A stretch of DNA of 64,000 nucleotides from Octopus sinensis (taxonomy: Eukaryota). Made by a program: the position numbers and the translations under genes. The notes beneath the pieces were generated by a model, which saw only the letters and a program-made list of their open reading frames with translations, was not told the DNA's origin and ran no database searches. The stretch covers positions 68,262,001 to 68,326,000 of the forward strand of contig NC_043002.1 in assembly GCF_006345805.1 (NCBI RefSeq), in the 5' to 3' direction. Of this stretch, positions 35,176-48,411 are shown piece after piece. How positions within the stretch are numbered: position 1 is the stretch's first letter; the number at the start of each line of letters is the position of its first letter.

Positions 35176-35786
35176 GTTCCGAGGAATTACTTCCTGGAAA
35201 GTTCCGAGGAGGGAAGGAATTACTTCACAGAAAGTTCGGAGTTTAAATTACTTCCTGGAAAGTTCTGAGGAGGGGGAGGAATTACTTCCTGGAAGACTCC
35301 GAGGACTTCCTGGAACATTCCGAGCATGATACATCATGGAAATTTCCGAGGACTTCCTAGAAAGTTCTGAGGATGATACTTCTGGAAAATTCTGAGGACT
35401 TCCTGGAAAGTTCCAATGATGAGACTTCCGAGGGTGAGACTTACTGGAAAATTCTGAGGACTTCCTGGAACGTTCCAAAGATGTGAGACCTCCTTGAAAG
35501 TTCCGAGAATGTCACTTCTTGGAAAATTCCGAAGATTTCCTGGAAAGTTGCGAGGAATTCCAAGGATGCGAGACTTCCTGGAAACGTCCGAGGATGCCAC
35601 TTCCTGGAAAATTTCGAGGACTTCCAGGTAAGTTCTGAGGATGGGATTTCCTGGAAAGTTCCAAGGATGAGAGAGTTCTGGAAAGTTCCAAGGATGGCAC
35701 TTCCAGGAAAATTCCGATGGCTTCCTGGAAAGTTCTGAGGATGTCACTTCATGTAAAATTCCAAGGGACTTCCTGGAAAGTTCCGA
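35176..35786. repeat. minisatellite with core acttcctggaaagttccgagga
   Basis: about 25 degenerate 20-30-bp units. Confidence 0.9.
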
Positions 35787-36204
35787 ATATGTATTTATTA
35801 TATTATTTATTCTCTTTCTTTTCTTTCCTTTTTTTCTTTCAGTGTTTCTTTCTGTGGAAGGACATTGGCTCGAAATATTAAAGACTTTTTCATTTCCTGA
35901 GTGTTATACTAATACATCTGTTTGTTGTCTACACCACCTGTCTTCATCTTTTGTTTTTGTGTGAATTCTCCCTATATATATATATATGAGGATAACTTAT
36001 ACGTATAAAAGAGGACAATTATATATCTGCTATATTGGAAATATGCAATGGCTCCATAACTACCATCTCGGTTACAAACCTGGAGCCTTAGTAACCTGTT
36101 ATAGAACTTACCTAGCGTACCTAATCGTTTAGATCCCCTGTAAATTAAACCCCCCCAAACTTTGGATCTGGGATAAAATAATAATGACAATAGCTACTAC
36201 TCAC

Positions 36205-36339
36205 TTGACCAGGACTAATTGTACATTCGAAAGGTCGATCTTCTGGCTTAAGGGAAGGATAATGTTGTATGAGCCACTGTAGGGTTGTTTGGTTAGGATG
36301 AAAATCTGGGATCTTATCTGGGGGATATAAGAACCATCT
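36205..36339 (-). CDS. JMJD8: JMJD8 coding exon: RWFLYPPDKIPDFHPNQTTLQWLIQHYPSLKPEDRPFECTISPGQ
   Basis: tttttccag acceptor and CAA|gtgagt donor; phase 0 to 0; RWFLYPP and ECTIxPG JmjC motifs. Confidence 0.96.
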
Positions 36340-36744
36340 CTGGAAAAAGAAACAGACATAAAAATACTGTAATAAACAGAAATAAAACAAAAGACAGACA
36401 CATACAGAAGTTAGAATGGGATCCTACATTGATAAAACTCAATATGATAGTACTTCTTATAAATAATGCTATTAAATATTCAATGTATTATTTTAGCGTC
36501 ATCAGCATCATCATTCATCATCATTGGTGCCATCGTCATCATTGTTGTCATCACCAAAACCACCATCACCACCACCACTATGATTCTCTAACAAGCATAG
36601 GTGTGTGAGTGTGTGTTTGTGTATTTATGTGTGTGCGTGTATGGGTGTGTGTATGTGTGTGTTTGTGTTTCCTTGTTTTGAAATCATGTGACAGTTATAA
36701 ATGAGCTTCACTGTCATACAAGTAGTCAGCATTGGATTAACCAT

Positions 36745-37138
36745 TAAGCAAAATAAGCAGTCCTTTTTCATCATGACAATACTCCAGCCCACATCTCAGT
36801 GGTTGCCATGGCAACAATTGGTGATTGTGGATACAAACTTGTTCCCCATCCACCTTATTCACCAGACTTAGTCCCCTCTGACTTTCATCTATTCCCAAAA
36901 ATGAAAAATGCCATGGCTGGTCGCCATTTTGCCAGTGACAATGACATCATAGACACTGTAGGAAGTTTCTTGGAGTCTCAAACAAAAAGAGTTCCTCTAT
37001 GTCAGGATGATGGTGCTTCAGCACCACTGGAGAAAGCGTTCAGCCATCGAGGGGGACTATGTTGAAAAATAAATCATCAGAAGTCTTGTACTATGTTTTG
37101 TTTTTTTGAGGCTCAAGACTTTTCATACACCCCTCGTA
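36745..37138 (+). mobile_element. mariner 3' fragment
   Basis: FHHDNTPAH and HPPYSPDLVPSDFHLF motifs; right TIR cttttcatacacccctcg followed by TA. Confidence 0.88.
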
Positions 37139-39854
37139 TACACAGCAAAAGAGAAACCTGCCGTTTGTTGTAACCTAAAGTTTTGGCTAAATATTCCTGG
37201 TTGAGTGCCCTTCTTAACATCAACATTTTACATTGTAGACTGGATGCATTTTATTATAGCTAATATAAAATGGATTATACATGCAGAAAATTATATTGCA
37301 TATTTTGAAATATTAATACACATTTTGACACAAATATAATTGCTAACATTGCAGTCACAACATTAAAAGGTCACATTCTTCAAAAGTGAAGTTCTGTAAA
37401 GCTAAATACACTTTTCTTTCAAACACCTCGTCAGAAATTCTCACAGAAAAATGAAAAAAAAAAAGAGAGCTTAAAAATATATTTTAAAAAAAACTGAAAA
37501 ATATATTAACAACAGATTTATTTTATTGACATTTCCAGAAAGCAAACAAATTACATTTATCAAAGCAATTGAGAAACATATTTTGAACTTTATACAATGT
37601 TATCTCAAAGTTACAGAGATATTCAGCATTAAGAATTTACGTGAACCGACTTGATTATTTTATCTCTTTGAAAGACTAAGAGTGGTAAAGAAAATATTAC
37701 ACACAAATAATTTATGGATCCTTTATTAGGAGAGCAAACAAGAAGAAATTAGAATGTAGCATATCAGTGAAGTTTACATACCCTGGCTACAACAGCTAAA
37801 CACGTACATTATATAACAGGTGCTACTGGCTATTCTTACTACCTCATAAACAGGTAAAATTTTCAATCAAAACAGTGTCACTCAACCTGTTAGAAACACC
37901 AGCTAAATCGCTCTACCAGCTTTATAAAGAGAAAGAACCATGTAATCACAAAATAATATAATTCCAGATGTCTTAACCGTTTTGCTACCACATTTCTATA
38001 TAAATTCTCTGCCTTTCTTTCAATTATTTTTGAAAATGAAGAATTTAGTAAAATAACTGTTGTTATTAAGCTAATGCTTAGAACATAAAACTACTGTGAG
38101 ATTTTGAAGGAAGGTTTTAATTTAGATCAGTTTAAAACAAGAAGTCTGTATCAAAGAACAAGGGTTCGTATTGAGAGGGTTCAACAAAGATAGGATGACA
38201 ACAACATAAACAATTTGATGATAAGTCTATTTTTTTTCAAAAATACAATGTAGAGTTGAAGATGGCATATATACCTGTACTCAAGAGAAATAAAGTTACA
38301 GAAAGTGTCATTATTTTTTTTATTTACCAAGGCCTAATTTCCCATGGGAGTGGGTAGCCACAAGACACACACCAGCCATTCGATTCATGTCACAGCTCAA
38401 AGAGGCGAGCCCTGTCCTATGCTCAGGTTAAGGCATAGAAAGCAAACTCCTGATATTAGCAGCAGGGCCCAACAGCATATGCTGGTTTACCCCCGCTGCA
38501 TCATGCTGGTTCCATACCCCTTTGAGTAACATCAAATTCACTTATCCTTCCACAAACACTCTCCAAGCTTTACTATCATTTATAAACTCTCTTGCCTCTC
38601 TCACTCCAACACCTCTAACCACCAAAGCTTTCCACACTCCATCCATCCACACAAACCGAGGTCTGCCTCTGGTTCTGCTGCCTACCACTTTTGCCTTCAT
38701 CACCCTGGGTGATGAGTCCTGGATATGAGTCTAAACTACATCTGGTAGTGAGACCCAGGGACCCTGGTTTCAGGGTTTGAGGAGTGTGGAACAACCTCTT
38801 AGCCACTATTGTTCCCAGGTTTACTCTGACCCGGAGTGGTAGCACCTGTAAGGGTCCCAGCTAGGGGTTAACTAGCAAACCCCCTTATGACTGGGGAGGG
38901 GGACTTGTAGAATGCAGTCACTATATTCCCTACATAGCGTAAGAAGCGACTAAAAGGGGCGGGAGCAAAAGAACTGGGAATCCATTCCTAGTAATTTCTG
39001 CTTCCTAAAAAGACAACAAGGAAAAATAAGGGTCATTGCTTAACTAATCAGGAAAAGAGTTGACCTAGTCAAAACTCACTCACAATCCAACACCCTCATC
39101 ACCCACTGCAGATCCCTCACTCTTCCTCACATGCCGATCTGCACACTCTCCATGGCTTTACATATCTCTCCTCACACTCTTATAGAATATTTCTATCCCT
39201 TCTGTACTACTTATACTCTCCCCACCACTATTCCCTGTGAGTAGGCCCTCTCTCTCTCTCTCTTTCTCTCTCCCCTACCTCCCACTCCTTCCTTGTCCTA
39301 CAAGGGTAGCCAAGCATCTACTCTGTAGTAAGACAGCTATCTCTGTCCTGCTATCATACTCCAGCCTTTCACCTACCACATGGCCACTTCTCAGTTCCAC
39401 TCTGTCTCTTAGCTGAGAGGTCCTTGTCTTGCAAGCTACTTGGCAACCCTGTAGGTGTTGGTGTCACATAAAAAGCACCCATGCAGGCACCATGTAAAAA
39501 GCTCCTGTGCTGGTGCAACATATAAAGTACCTAGTACATTCTGTAAAGGGGTTGGGATTAGGAAGGGCATTCAGTTATAGGAACTGTGTCAATGCAGACA
39601 GGTAGAGCCTGGTGCAGCTCTCTGGCTTGCCAGCTCCTGTCAAACCATCTAAACAAAGACAGCATGGAAAACAGATGTTAAATAATAATGATGAAGATGA
39701 TGATTAACTGTTTTGATATTATAATTCTGTTGAAATACACTTCAATAAATTCACATCATAGAACCAAGGGCAGTCTCAGAAAAGTGGGTATCAAGAGGGT
39801 TAAACAAAGACAGGGTGATAATGAATGACTTTATTCATAAGTCTGTTTATGAAG

Positions 39855-40215
39855 CATCAGGAGGAAAGGGAGGAGGAGGAAGAGGAGGGATGGGAGGAGG
39901 AAAAGAAGAGGAGGAGGAAGAAGAAGAGGAGGAAGAAGAGGTGGAGGAAGAAGAGGTGGAGGAAGATGAGGAGGAAGAAGAGGTGGAGGAGGAGGAAGAA
40001 GGGGAGGAAGAGGAGGAAGAAGAGGAGGAAGAGAGGAGGAAGAAGAGGAGGAGGAAGAGGAGGAAGAGGAGGAAGAGGAGGAAGAGGAGGATGGTGATGA
40101 TGAAGAGGAGGAGGGGAGGAAGAAGAGGGTGATGATGAAGAGGAGGAGGGGAGGAAGAAGAGGGTGATGATGATGAGGAGAAGAAGGAAGAATAGGAAGA
40201 AGGGAAGAGGAGGAG
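39855..40215. repeat. (GAG/GAA)n polypurine microsatellite
   Basis: about 360 bp almost entirely G/A. Confidence 0.95.
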
Positions 40216-40891
40216 AGCATGCTGTGCTTTAAAATGAGATGCATTGTATCAAATACCTTCTTTTTTTTAACTCAGTGAAGAGTTAGTTTCTCAACACAAA
40301 AAATAATTTTAATTAATTTACTCCAAGAGTTTTTGTTAAGATGGAAGATCATTTTGTTATTTTACCTTAATTCTCTGAATTTGCCTCTTTTCATAAAAAA
40401 ATTTTTTTTTTTTACTTACAAATATTAAGTTACAGTTTCTAATCGTGTTGCAGATACTGAGGAATTTAATCTGTTGCAATGTCAGTTTTAACAAAGATGT
40501 TTTTCTCATGACAGACAGGAACTAAAAGTAAAAGCTGATTGGCTAATATTGAGTGAGCAAAGAGAGAGAGAGGAAGAGGCAGACAGACAGAAAAAACAAG
40601 AGAAACAGAGGAAGAGAATGAGAGAGAGAGAGAGAATTCTTTAAGCCTTTTGTCATCATATTTCAACTGAAAGAGCCTTCATTTTCAATTGAAAATGAAA
40701 GTCAAACCGTCCAACCATGCCAGCATGGAAAGCGGATGTTAAAGGATGCAGCGATGATGATGAAGATGATGATGATGATGATGATGAAAAGTTTAGTAAA
40801 ATACTCTTATTGTTATTAAACTGGTATCTGGAACCAATAATTTCAAAGGAAGGTTATATTTTAGATCAGTTTAAGAGGAAGTTTGTATCAT

Positions 40892-41310
40892 AGGCGTAGG
40901 AGTGGCTGTGTGGTAAGTAGCTTGCTTATGAACCACATGGTTCCAGGTTCAGTCCCACTGCGTAGCACCTTGGACAAGTATCTTCTACTATAGCCTGGGA
41001 CCAACTAAAGCCTTGTGAGTGGATTTGGTAGACAGAAACTGGAAGAAGCTCATCATATATATGTATATTTATATATGTATGTGTGTGTATATGTTTGTGT
41101 TTCTGTGTTTGTCCCCCAAACATCGCTTGACAACCGATGCTGGTGTGTTTACGTCCCTGTAACTTAGCGGTTCGGCAAAAGAGGTCCATAGAATAAGTAC
41201 TAGGCTTACAAAGAATAAGTCCAGGGGTCGATTTGCTCGACTGAAAGCGGTGCTCCAGCATGGCCACAGTCAAATGACTGAAACAAGTAAAAGAGTAAAA
41301 GAGTAAAGAG
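40892..41310 (+). mobile_element. SINE family A
   Basis: full head-to-tail match. Confidence 0.9.
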
Positions 41311-42307
41311 TATAGAACCAAGAATGGTCTCCCAAAAAGCTTGGTTTCAAAATGGTTGTTATTACTTTCATGTTCAATGACAATGCTTGCGGCAAATGTA
41401 TATCAAAAGAAAACAATAACAACAAATATTTTATGTGAAAGGTAGTGAAATTAAGATAAAAGAAGTCATGAAATATAAATTTAACAAATGACAACATGAC
41501 AATACTACGATGACATGAAGAAGAAACAGCTTGAAATTTTCATGTTGGCTTTTATGATAATAAAACAGTTTTCATTAATGTTTTTACATTGTACCTTTTT
41601 TCTCTTTTCGTGAGATTGTATTTGTCATTTTGTATGGATATTGCTTTTGTTGAGCAGTCTGAGCTTATACCATTAAGTTTATTACATTAAAATGTACTTC
41701 TGAGAACATCCTAATGAATATCTGGGACATTAAAATTAGGCCATTCCTGAGATTTTAACCAACCCTGCAAGCATAGAAATGACTGAAAACTCAGGGGCAA
41801 CCTAATTAATATTCCAGATATGCAAATATACCATGTTCTAAGTGCAGCCACATCATCTTAATCACTAAAATATGTAAAAACCCATCTAAAGGATAACAAA
41901 GTATTTATAGGTGCAAGTATGGCTGTGTGGTTAAGACATTTGCTTTGCAAGCATGTGGTTTTGGGTTCAGTCTTACTGCACAGTATCTTTAGCAGCTACT
42001 TTTTTACCTTTTTCCCATAACCTCAAGTTGACTAATGCCTTTTAATGGAATTTAGTAGATGGAAACTACCCTAAATCCTGTTGGCTGGACTGAGTTCAAT
42101 TCATCTTGTGGGATAGCTTGGATCCTAGAGGAACAATAGCAAGCAATCTCTGTAATGTGCCAGGCCAACTTAGTCGATGTTCTACAAGACATCATAAGCC
42201 AAGCAACATTTTCTTCCATTAAGTTCCTGGGTTCCAGTACTATAACTTCAGGCTGAACAAAGCCTTGTGAATGGATTTGGTAGACAGAAACTCAAACAGG
42301 GCAAGGC

Positions 42308-42525
42308 AGCGAGCTGGCAGAAACGTTAGCATGCCGGGCGAAGTGCTTAGTGGTATTTCGTCTGCCATTACATTCTGAGTTCAAATTCCACCAAGGTTGA
42401 CTTTGCCTTTCATCCTTTCAGGGTTGATAAATTAAGTACCAGTTACATACTGGGGTCGATGTAATTGACTTAATCCCTTTGTCTGTCCTTGTTTGGCCCC
42501 TCTATTGTGGGCAATAAAGAATTAA
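42308..42525 (+). mobile_element. SINE family B
   Basis: gcgagctggcagaaacgttagc head; tttgcctttcatcctttc.gggt.gat core; gtgggcaataaaga tail; further copies at about 47558, 52120, 59425, 60815, 61075, 61325, 61795 and 62620. Confidence 0.85.
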
Positions 42526-44132
42526 GAAACTGAAAGGAGCCTGTCATTCGTGTGTGTGTGTGTGTGTGTGTCTGTTTGTGTTTGTGTTTACCCTGTTTGG
42601 CAGCGAGTGTTGATGTGTCTATGTCCCCATAACTTTGAAGTTCAGCAAAACGGACCGATAGAATAAGTACCAGGTTTAAAAGGAAAATTAAGTATTGAGG
42701 TTGATACATTCGACTAAAAATTCTTTGAGGTGGTGCCCCAGCATGGCCACAGTCTAATGACTGAAACAAGTAAAAAAATAGAAGATATGTGGGTTGTAAG
42801 GACAGGCATTTAAAGACCAATTACAAACCAGATGACGCAGGACATTTCAAAAACCATCCAAAGCTTACATCAATAAAGAGAACAAAAATATGAATAAACA
42901 TTAAAGCAAGATCAAAAGAGGTCACTACAAAAGATGGCGCCATCTGGCAAGTAATATGTTAATGGGAAGTAAGGCAGGTGGAGAGTCATATGATCTTTAG
43001 TATTTTAACAAACATCTGATATCAAAGTGTAGACAGCTAGCTAGAAAAACGCAACTGATAGCAGAGGTCACTATGAAACACTGCCTTTATGTGGTTGTCT
43101 GACCTGCTAGAAATAGCAGCCAAATTCTCACAAATCCAACACTACCATTTTATAATATGAATAATCAAGTGAAAGGATGACAATTATCATCATCATCATC
43201 ATCATCATAGTTTAACATCCGTTTTCCATGCTGGCATGGGTTGGACAGTTTGACTGAGGACTGGCAAGCCAGTGCGCTGCACCAGGCTCCAATCTGATCT
43301 GGCAAGGTTTCTACAGCTGGATGCCCTTCCTAATGCCAACCACTCTGAGAGTGTAGTGGGTGCTTTTTATGTGCAACTGGCACAGGAGCCAGTCAGGCGG
43401 CACAAAAATGTAAATTATATAATTAGGTGCAGGCATGACTGTGTGATCAGAAAGCTTCCCAAGCACATAATTTCAGGTTCAGTTTCACTGCATAGTAAAT
43501 GTTTCCCATTATAGCTTCAGGCCAACTAAAGCCTTGTAAATGGATTTAGTAGGTGAAGACTGAAAGAAACCCATCATATATATGTTTGCACATGTGTGCA
43601 CACAGGCATGTGCCTGTCTTCTTGTCATGAAATTATGACAGTTGTGAATAAGCATCACTATCAAATAAGCATTTCATTTCTTATCTTCTGTGCAAACATG
43701 TTCTGCCATGAGGAAGTAACCAATTGTTTGGAAACAGATGCAGGTTGAAACAGGAAGGGAATCTAGCCATAGAAAACCTGCCTCAATGAATTCTGTCTGA
43801 CCCAAGCAAACATGAAAATTGGAAAGTAAAACAATGCCGAGCATACAAAGCATAATTGATTAAAATTCTAGATTTTATATCAGCAATTAGTGAATCTTTC
43901 AGAAAGACAAACAAAACAAATTGCAAATGATCAGAACAAGATTTTTATGATAGCAAATGCTATCATAGCTACACTTTAATACAAACATGTTAGTGTGTAA
44001 ATATAATGGTTAGATGAAAAGAAAAATCCTGAGGTGAGTCTCTGTTTAGAAAAAATTTTTACCAACATTCATTTAAAAAAAAATTTTTCTTTGACATAAT
44101 CATATTTTGTTTAAAGTGTGCATTTTCCATTT

Positions 44133-44452
44133 GTGGAGGCACAATGGCCCAGTGGTTAGGGCAGCGGGCTCGCGGTCGGAGAATCGCGGTTTCAATTTCC
44201 AGACCGGGTGTCGTGTGTGTTTATTAAGCAAAAACACCTAAAGTTCCACGAGGCTCTGGCAGGGAGTGGTGGCGAGCCCTGTTATACTCTTTCACCCCAA
44301 CTTCTCACTCTTTCTTCCTGTTCCTTGAGTAACACTGCAATGGACTGGTGTCCCGTCCTGCTGAGCAGGGAACACATATGCCACAGAAACTAGGAAACCA
44401 GGCCCATGAGCCTGGCTAGGCTTGAAAAGGGTGCATAAAAAATAAAAATAAA
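44133..44452 (+). mobile_element. tRNA-derived SINE (family C) with 11-bp TSD
   Basis: TSD attttccattt at 44122-44132 and 44453-44463; A/B-box head; A-rich tail. Confidence 0.9.
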
Positions 44453-44894
44453 ATTTTCCATTTAATTTCTTGATTAGTTCTTAAATTAAATTTTAATTTA
44501 TTTTGCATTAAACCCAAAACCACATGGCACCTTGGCCAAGTGTCTCGTCACCTATAGACCCAAGACAGACCAATGTATTGCGAGTAAATTTAGTAGAAGG
44601 AAACTGTGTGGAAGCCCATCAAGTATATGAAGTATATGTATGTGTGTATGTCTTTGCATTTGTTCCACCACCACCACTTGACAAAGAGTGTTGGTTTGTT
44701 TACATTCCTGTTCAGCAAAAGAGATTGACAGAATAAGTAACAGATGAAAAAAAGAAAATAGTATTAGGTTCAATACTATTTTTGACTAAACTCTTCAAGG
44801 GAGTACCCCAATATGGCTGCAGTCCAATGACTGAAACACTGAAACAAATAAAACAATATTTAAAAGAAAGATTAACAGTGGAATCAATATTCAC

Positions 44895-44962
44895 CTTTCT
44901 GCCATATATCATTTCAGCATATCCAGGGCCATGAAAATGAAAAGGGACGCCAGTACCAGCAG
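44895..44962 (-). CDS. JMJD8: JMJD8 coding exon: (A)AGTGVPFHFHGPGYAEMIYGRK (JmjC HxH motif)
   Basis: cttcccatgtag acceptor and AAG|gtgaat donor; phase 1 to 0; GVPFHxHGPG signature. Confidence 0.96.
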
Positions 44963-45084
44963 CTACATGGGAAGAGAATCAAATAAAAATTTTTGAAGAC
45001 ATATATTAAAAATTTTCCAATTATAAAATCCTGTCTAAAATAATTGTTTCTAATATAAGCATAACACTTAAGAGATTAAGACTC

Positions 45085-45572
45085 TATTCCTTAGAGCATA
45101 GGTGAGAAAGATATGCCATAATATACATCTGGAAGATCCTGGAAGGACTTGTTCCAAACTTTGGCATCGAGAGTTACACAAATACTAGAACTGGGTGCCA
45201 CTGCATAGTGCCAAGGACTCCAAATTTGCCATCAAGATGTAGGACAAAATACTGCAATAGCCTGGGCTTCAGAGGTCCACAGCTCTTCAATATCCTCCCG
45301 AAGGACCTGAGAGACCTGCATGGGGTGGATGTAGGTGTCTTCAAAATAAAGCTGGACCTCTTCCTGTCAGGTGTCCCATATGAACCAACTTCGCGGCAGG
45401 AGGTGCATATGAGGGCAGCTGCATCAAACTCTCTCATGCACCAAACATCAATTGCTAAAAAGCATTTGTGAAGTAAAATTATGTTACAACACCAAATGGC
45501 AGTGCCCCAGCATGGACACAGCTCATGAGCTGAAACTGGATAAAATAAAAATAAATAAATAAAAATAAAACC
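45085..45572 (+). mobile_element. CR1/L2-group LINE 3' end with (TAAAA)n tail
   Basis: ERYAIIYIWKILEGLVPN...NSLGFRGPQLFNILP...FKIKLDLFLSGVPYEP...RAAASNSL. Confidence 0.8.
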
Positions 45573-46000
45573 AGAAACTTTAGGGAGAGAAATAACTTGA
45601 TTAAATGGACCCCAGTATTCGCCTAATTGTGGAGGTGCATGGCTTAGTGGCTAGGGTGTTGGACTCATGATTGTAAGATTGTGGTCTTGATTCCTTCGCG
45701 GCAGGAGGTGCATATGAGGGCAGCTGCATCAAACTCTCTCATGCACCAAACATCAATTGCTAAAAAGCATTTGTGAAGTAAAATTATGTTACAACACCAA
45801 ATGGCAGTGCCCCAGCATGGACACAGCTCATGAGCTGAAACTGGATAAAATAAAAATAAATAAATAAAAATAAAACCAGAAACTTTAGGGAGAGAAATAA
45901 CTTGATTAAATGGACCCCAGTATTCGCCTAATTGTGGAGGTGCATGGCTTAGTGGCTAGGGTGTTGGACTCATGATTGTAAGATTGTGGTCTTGATTCCT
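45389..46000. repeat. perfect 305-bp tandem duplication
   Basis: 45389-45695 repeated at 45694-46000 with CT microhomology at the junction; no mismatch seen. Confidence 0.92.
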
Positions 46001-46151
46001 GGACCAGGTGATACATTGTGTTCTTGAAAAAACAAATATCATTTCATACTGCTCCAGTCCACTCAGCTATTAGAAATAGTAATCCTGAGACAGATTGGCA
46101 TCCTGCCCAAGGAGGAATATACACGCAAGAAAAACCTGGAAACTGGCACTA

Positions 46152-46314
46152 TAGGTGCAGGAGTGTCTGTGTAGTAAGTAGCTTGCTTACTAACCACATG
46201 GTTCTGGTTTCAGTCCCACTGCGTGACACATCGGGCAAGTGTCTTCTATTATAGCCTCAGGCTGACCAAAGCCTTGTGAGTGAATTTGGTACATGGAAAC
46301 TGAAAGAAGCCTGT

Positions 46315-46377
<63 letters not shown>

Positions 46378-46590
46378 GCATATGGTTGTGTGTCTGAGTT
46401 TGTCCCCACAACATCACTTGACAACCAATGCTGGTGTGTTTACGCTCCCGTCACTTAGCAGTTCGGCAAAAGACCGATAGAATAAGTACTAGGCTTACAA
46501 AGAATAAGTCCTGGGGTCGATTTGCTCGACTAAAGGCACTGCTCCAGCATGGCCGCAGTCAAATGACTGAAACAAATAAAAGAAAAAAAA
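46152..46590 (+). mobile_element. SINE family A
   Basis: full match, expanded (TA)n core. Confidence 0.88.
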
Positions 46591-47789
46591 AGAAAAGAAA
46601 AAAGAATACTGTTTACAGAGTAATGCAGACTAACCCACTTGTCTAATAATTATATATAATTATATATATATATACAAGGTAGTTCTGGAAAAATGTAGAG
46701 ATGCTGAAGCAGAGATGAGTAGATATGTGTTGTGAACAAGGGACAAGATGGAGGGGCTCCTCAGGCAGACGGAAGGTTCTTCTTTACATTGTAACAGTTT
46801 TTAGAATTCTTTTCTCATTGATGGGTTACCTTCTCTGAAGCTTCACATTCTATACCCACTTTAGGGCATGATTGGGACTGTTCTAGAACTGTCAGTTTCC
46901 TCTGTTGTTTAGGCAAAGGGGACATGGCTGAAAATTCTTCTAGATAAATAACAGCACTGGAATTGTTGGGATAACCAAGTTATTGCCAGAGAAATGGATA
47001 AAGTAACTAAGGTTGTCAGACTATATGACAATAGTATTTTGGATTTTATTTTGATTGGGGATACACAAAATAAATATTGTCTGATGTTTACATCTTGAGG
47101 GTTAAATTGTTATTGTTAGTGAGATATTTAGTTTATTTAGTTATCGTGTTTTGTAGAAAACAAAAATCATTCATATAAATTACTTTAAGATCAGCTGTCT
47201 ATAGGAACTTCTGCATGGCAGTGAACAGATGAACTAATTTCTCACAGCTGAATCTGTTGAAGAGTTAGAGAAAAAAATTTCAAATGTGGAAACAAAAACC
47301 AGAGTAAAGAATTCTTCAAGAAAATCTAGTGAAGATAAAGTAGTTTTAATTAGCAAGAAAAACAATACAGGACTTTACTGCTATTTGGGAAGTGGCCATG
47401 CTAGATATACAGAAAAGGAGTCTACAGGAATAACATGTGGGGTACCAAATGTAAACTAAGAAGTACAAGAGTGGAATCACAGACAAACTAACAGAGAAGA
47501 AGGACTTCATATATAGCAGATCACAAGAGTAATTAGCAGTAAGAATACATCAAAGTGGCGAGCTGGCAGAAACTCTACACCAGGTGAAATACTTAGTGGT
47601 ATTTCACCTGCCGCTATGTTCTGAATTCAAATTCTGCTGCGGTCGACTTAACCTTTCATCCTTTCAGGGTTGATTAAATAAGTACCAATTAAACACTGGG
47701 GTCAATGTAATTGACTTAATCCCTTTGTCTGTCCTTGTTTGTCACCTCTTTGTTTAGCCCCTTGTGGGCAATAAAGAAATAAGAATACA

Positions 47790-48350
47790 CATGAATATAC
47801 TCTATCCAATGCTTGGAGGGCTCCACAGAAGTGGTTGAAAGCTTCTGTTAGCTATGCAGGCTAATCAGCAGCAGTAGAGAAGAATTTTCTGAAAGCATAG
47901 TAGCCAGAATAAGAACAGAGTAGAAAAAGTCCAAGGAGCTATCACTTCTGTTGGTAACAAACAGATTCTATCTTTCTGTGTGAAGAGCAGATTGTATGAA
48001 AGTTTTGTACAAAGTGCAATGTTTTACGGTAGTGAAACATAGGCAGTGAATGTAGAAGAGGTACAGAGTTTGATAAGAAGTGAGGTGAACCTGTTCTATT
48101 GAATGTATAATGTTAATGAATGAATGGGGGACAAATGAACTGAGAAAAACACCCAGCTTGGTTTTATCTTAGAACCAGATGCAACGTATTCAAGAGGTAT
48201 TGATACACAATGCACATGGGAGATGACAGCTGGGTAAACAAGTGACAAACAATGATATTGGAAGAAACCAGGGGAAGAGGAAGACCAAGGAAGACATAGA
48301 ATGAAGTGATGAAGATTGAATCTCATAAGAGATGACAAGTGACAGAGTAT
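47790..48350 (+). mobile_element. decayed RTE LINE fragment
   Basis: remnant RLYESFVQSAMFYGSET reading; SINE immediately upstream at about 47558-47782. Confidence 0.7.
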
Positions 48351-48380
48351 CCATAATAGTAAAGTAAAATAGATGCATGT

Positions 48381-48411
<31 letters not shown>

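Noticed and set aside
35248-35747. ORFs up to 137 aa over the TTCCTGGAA array
   Set aside because: Minisatellite translation inside a JMJD8 intron.
38700-38740. Hammerhead-like gtgatgag...taaac string
   Set aside because: Both cores are mutated and stem II does not pair; it belongs to a different interspersed repeat.
39815-40244. Poly-Glu, poly-Arg and poly-Ser ORFs
   Set aside because: Translations of a GAG/GAA microsatellite; no splice or homology support.
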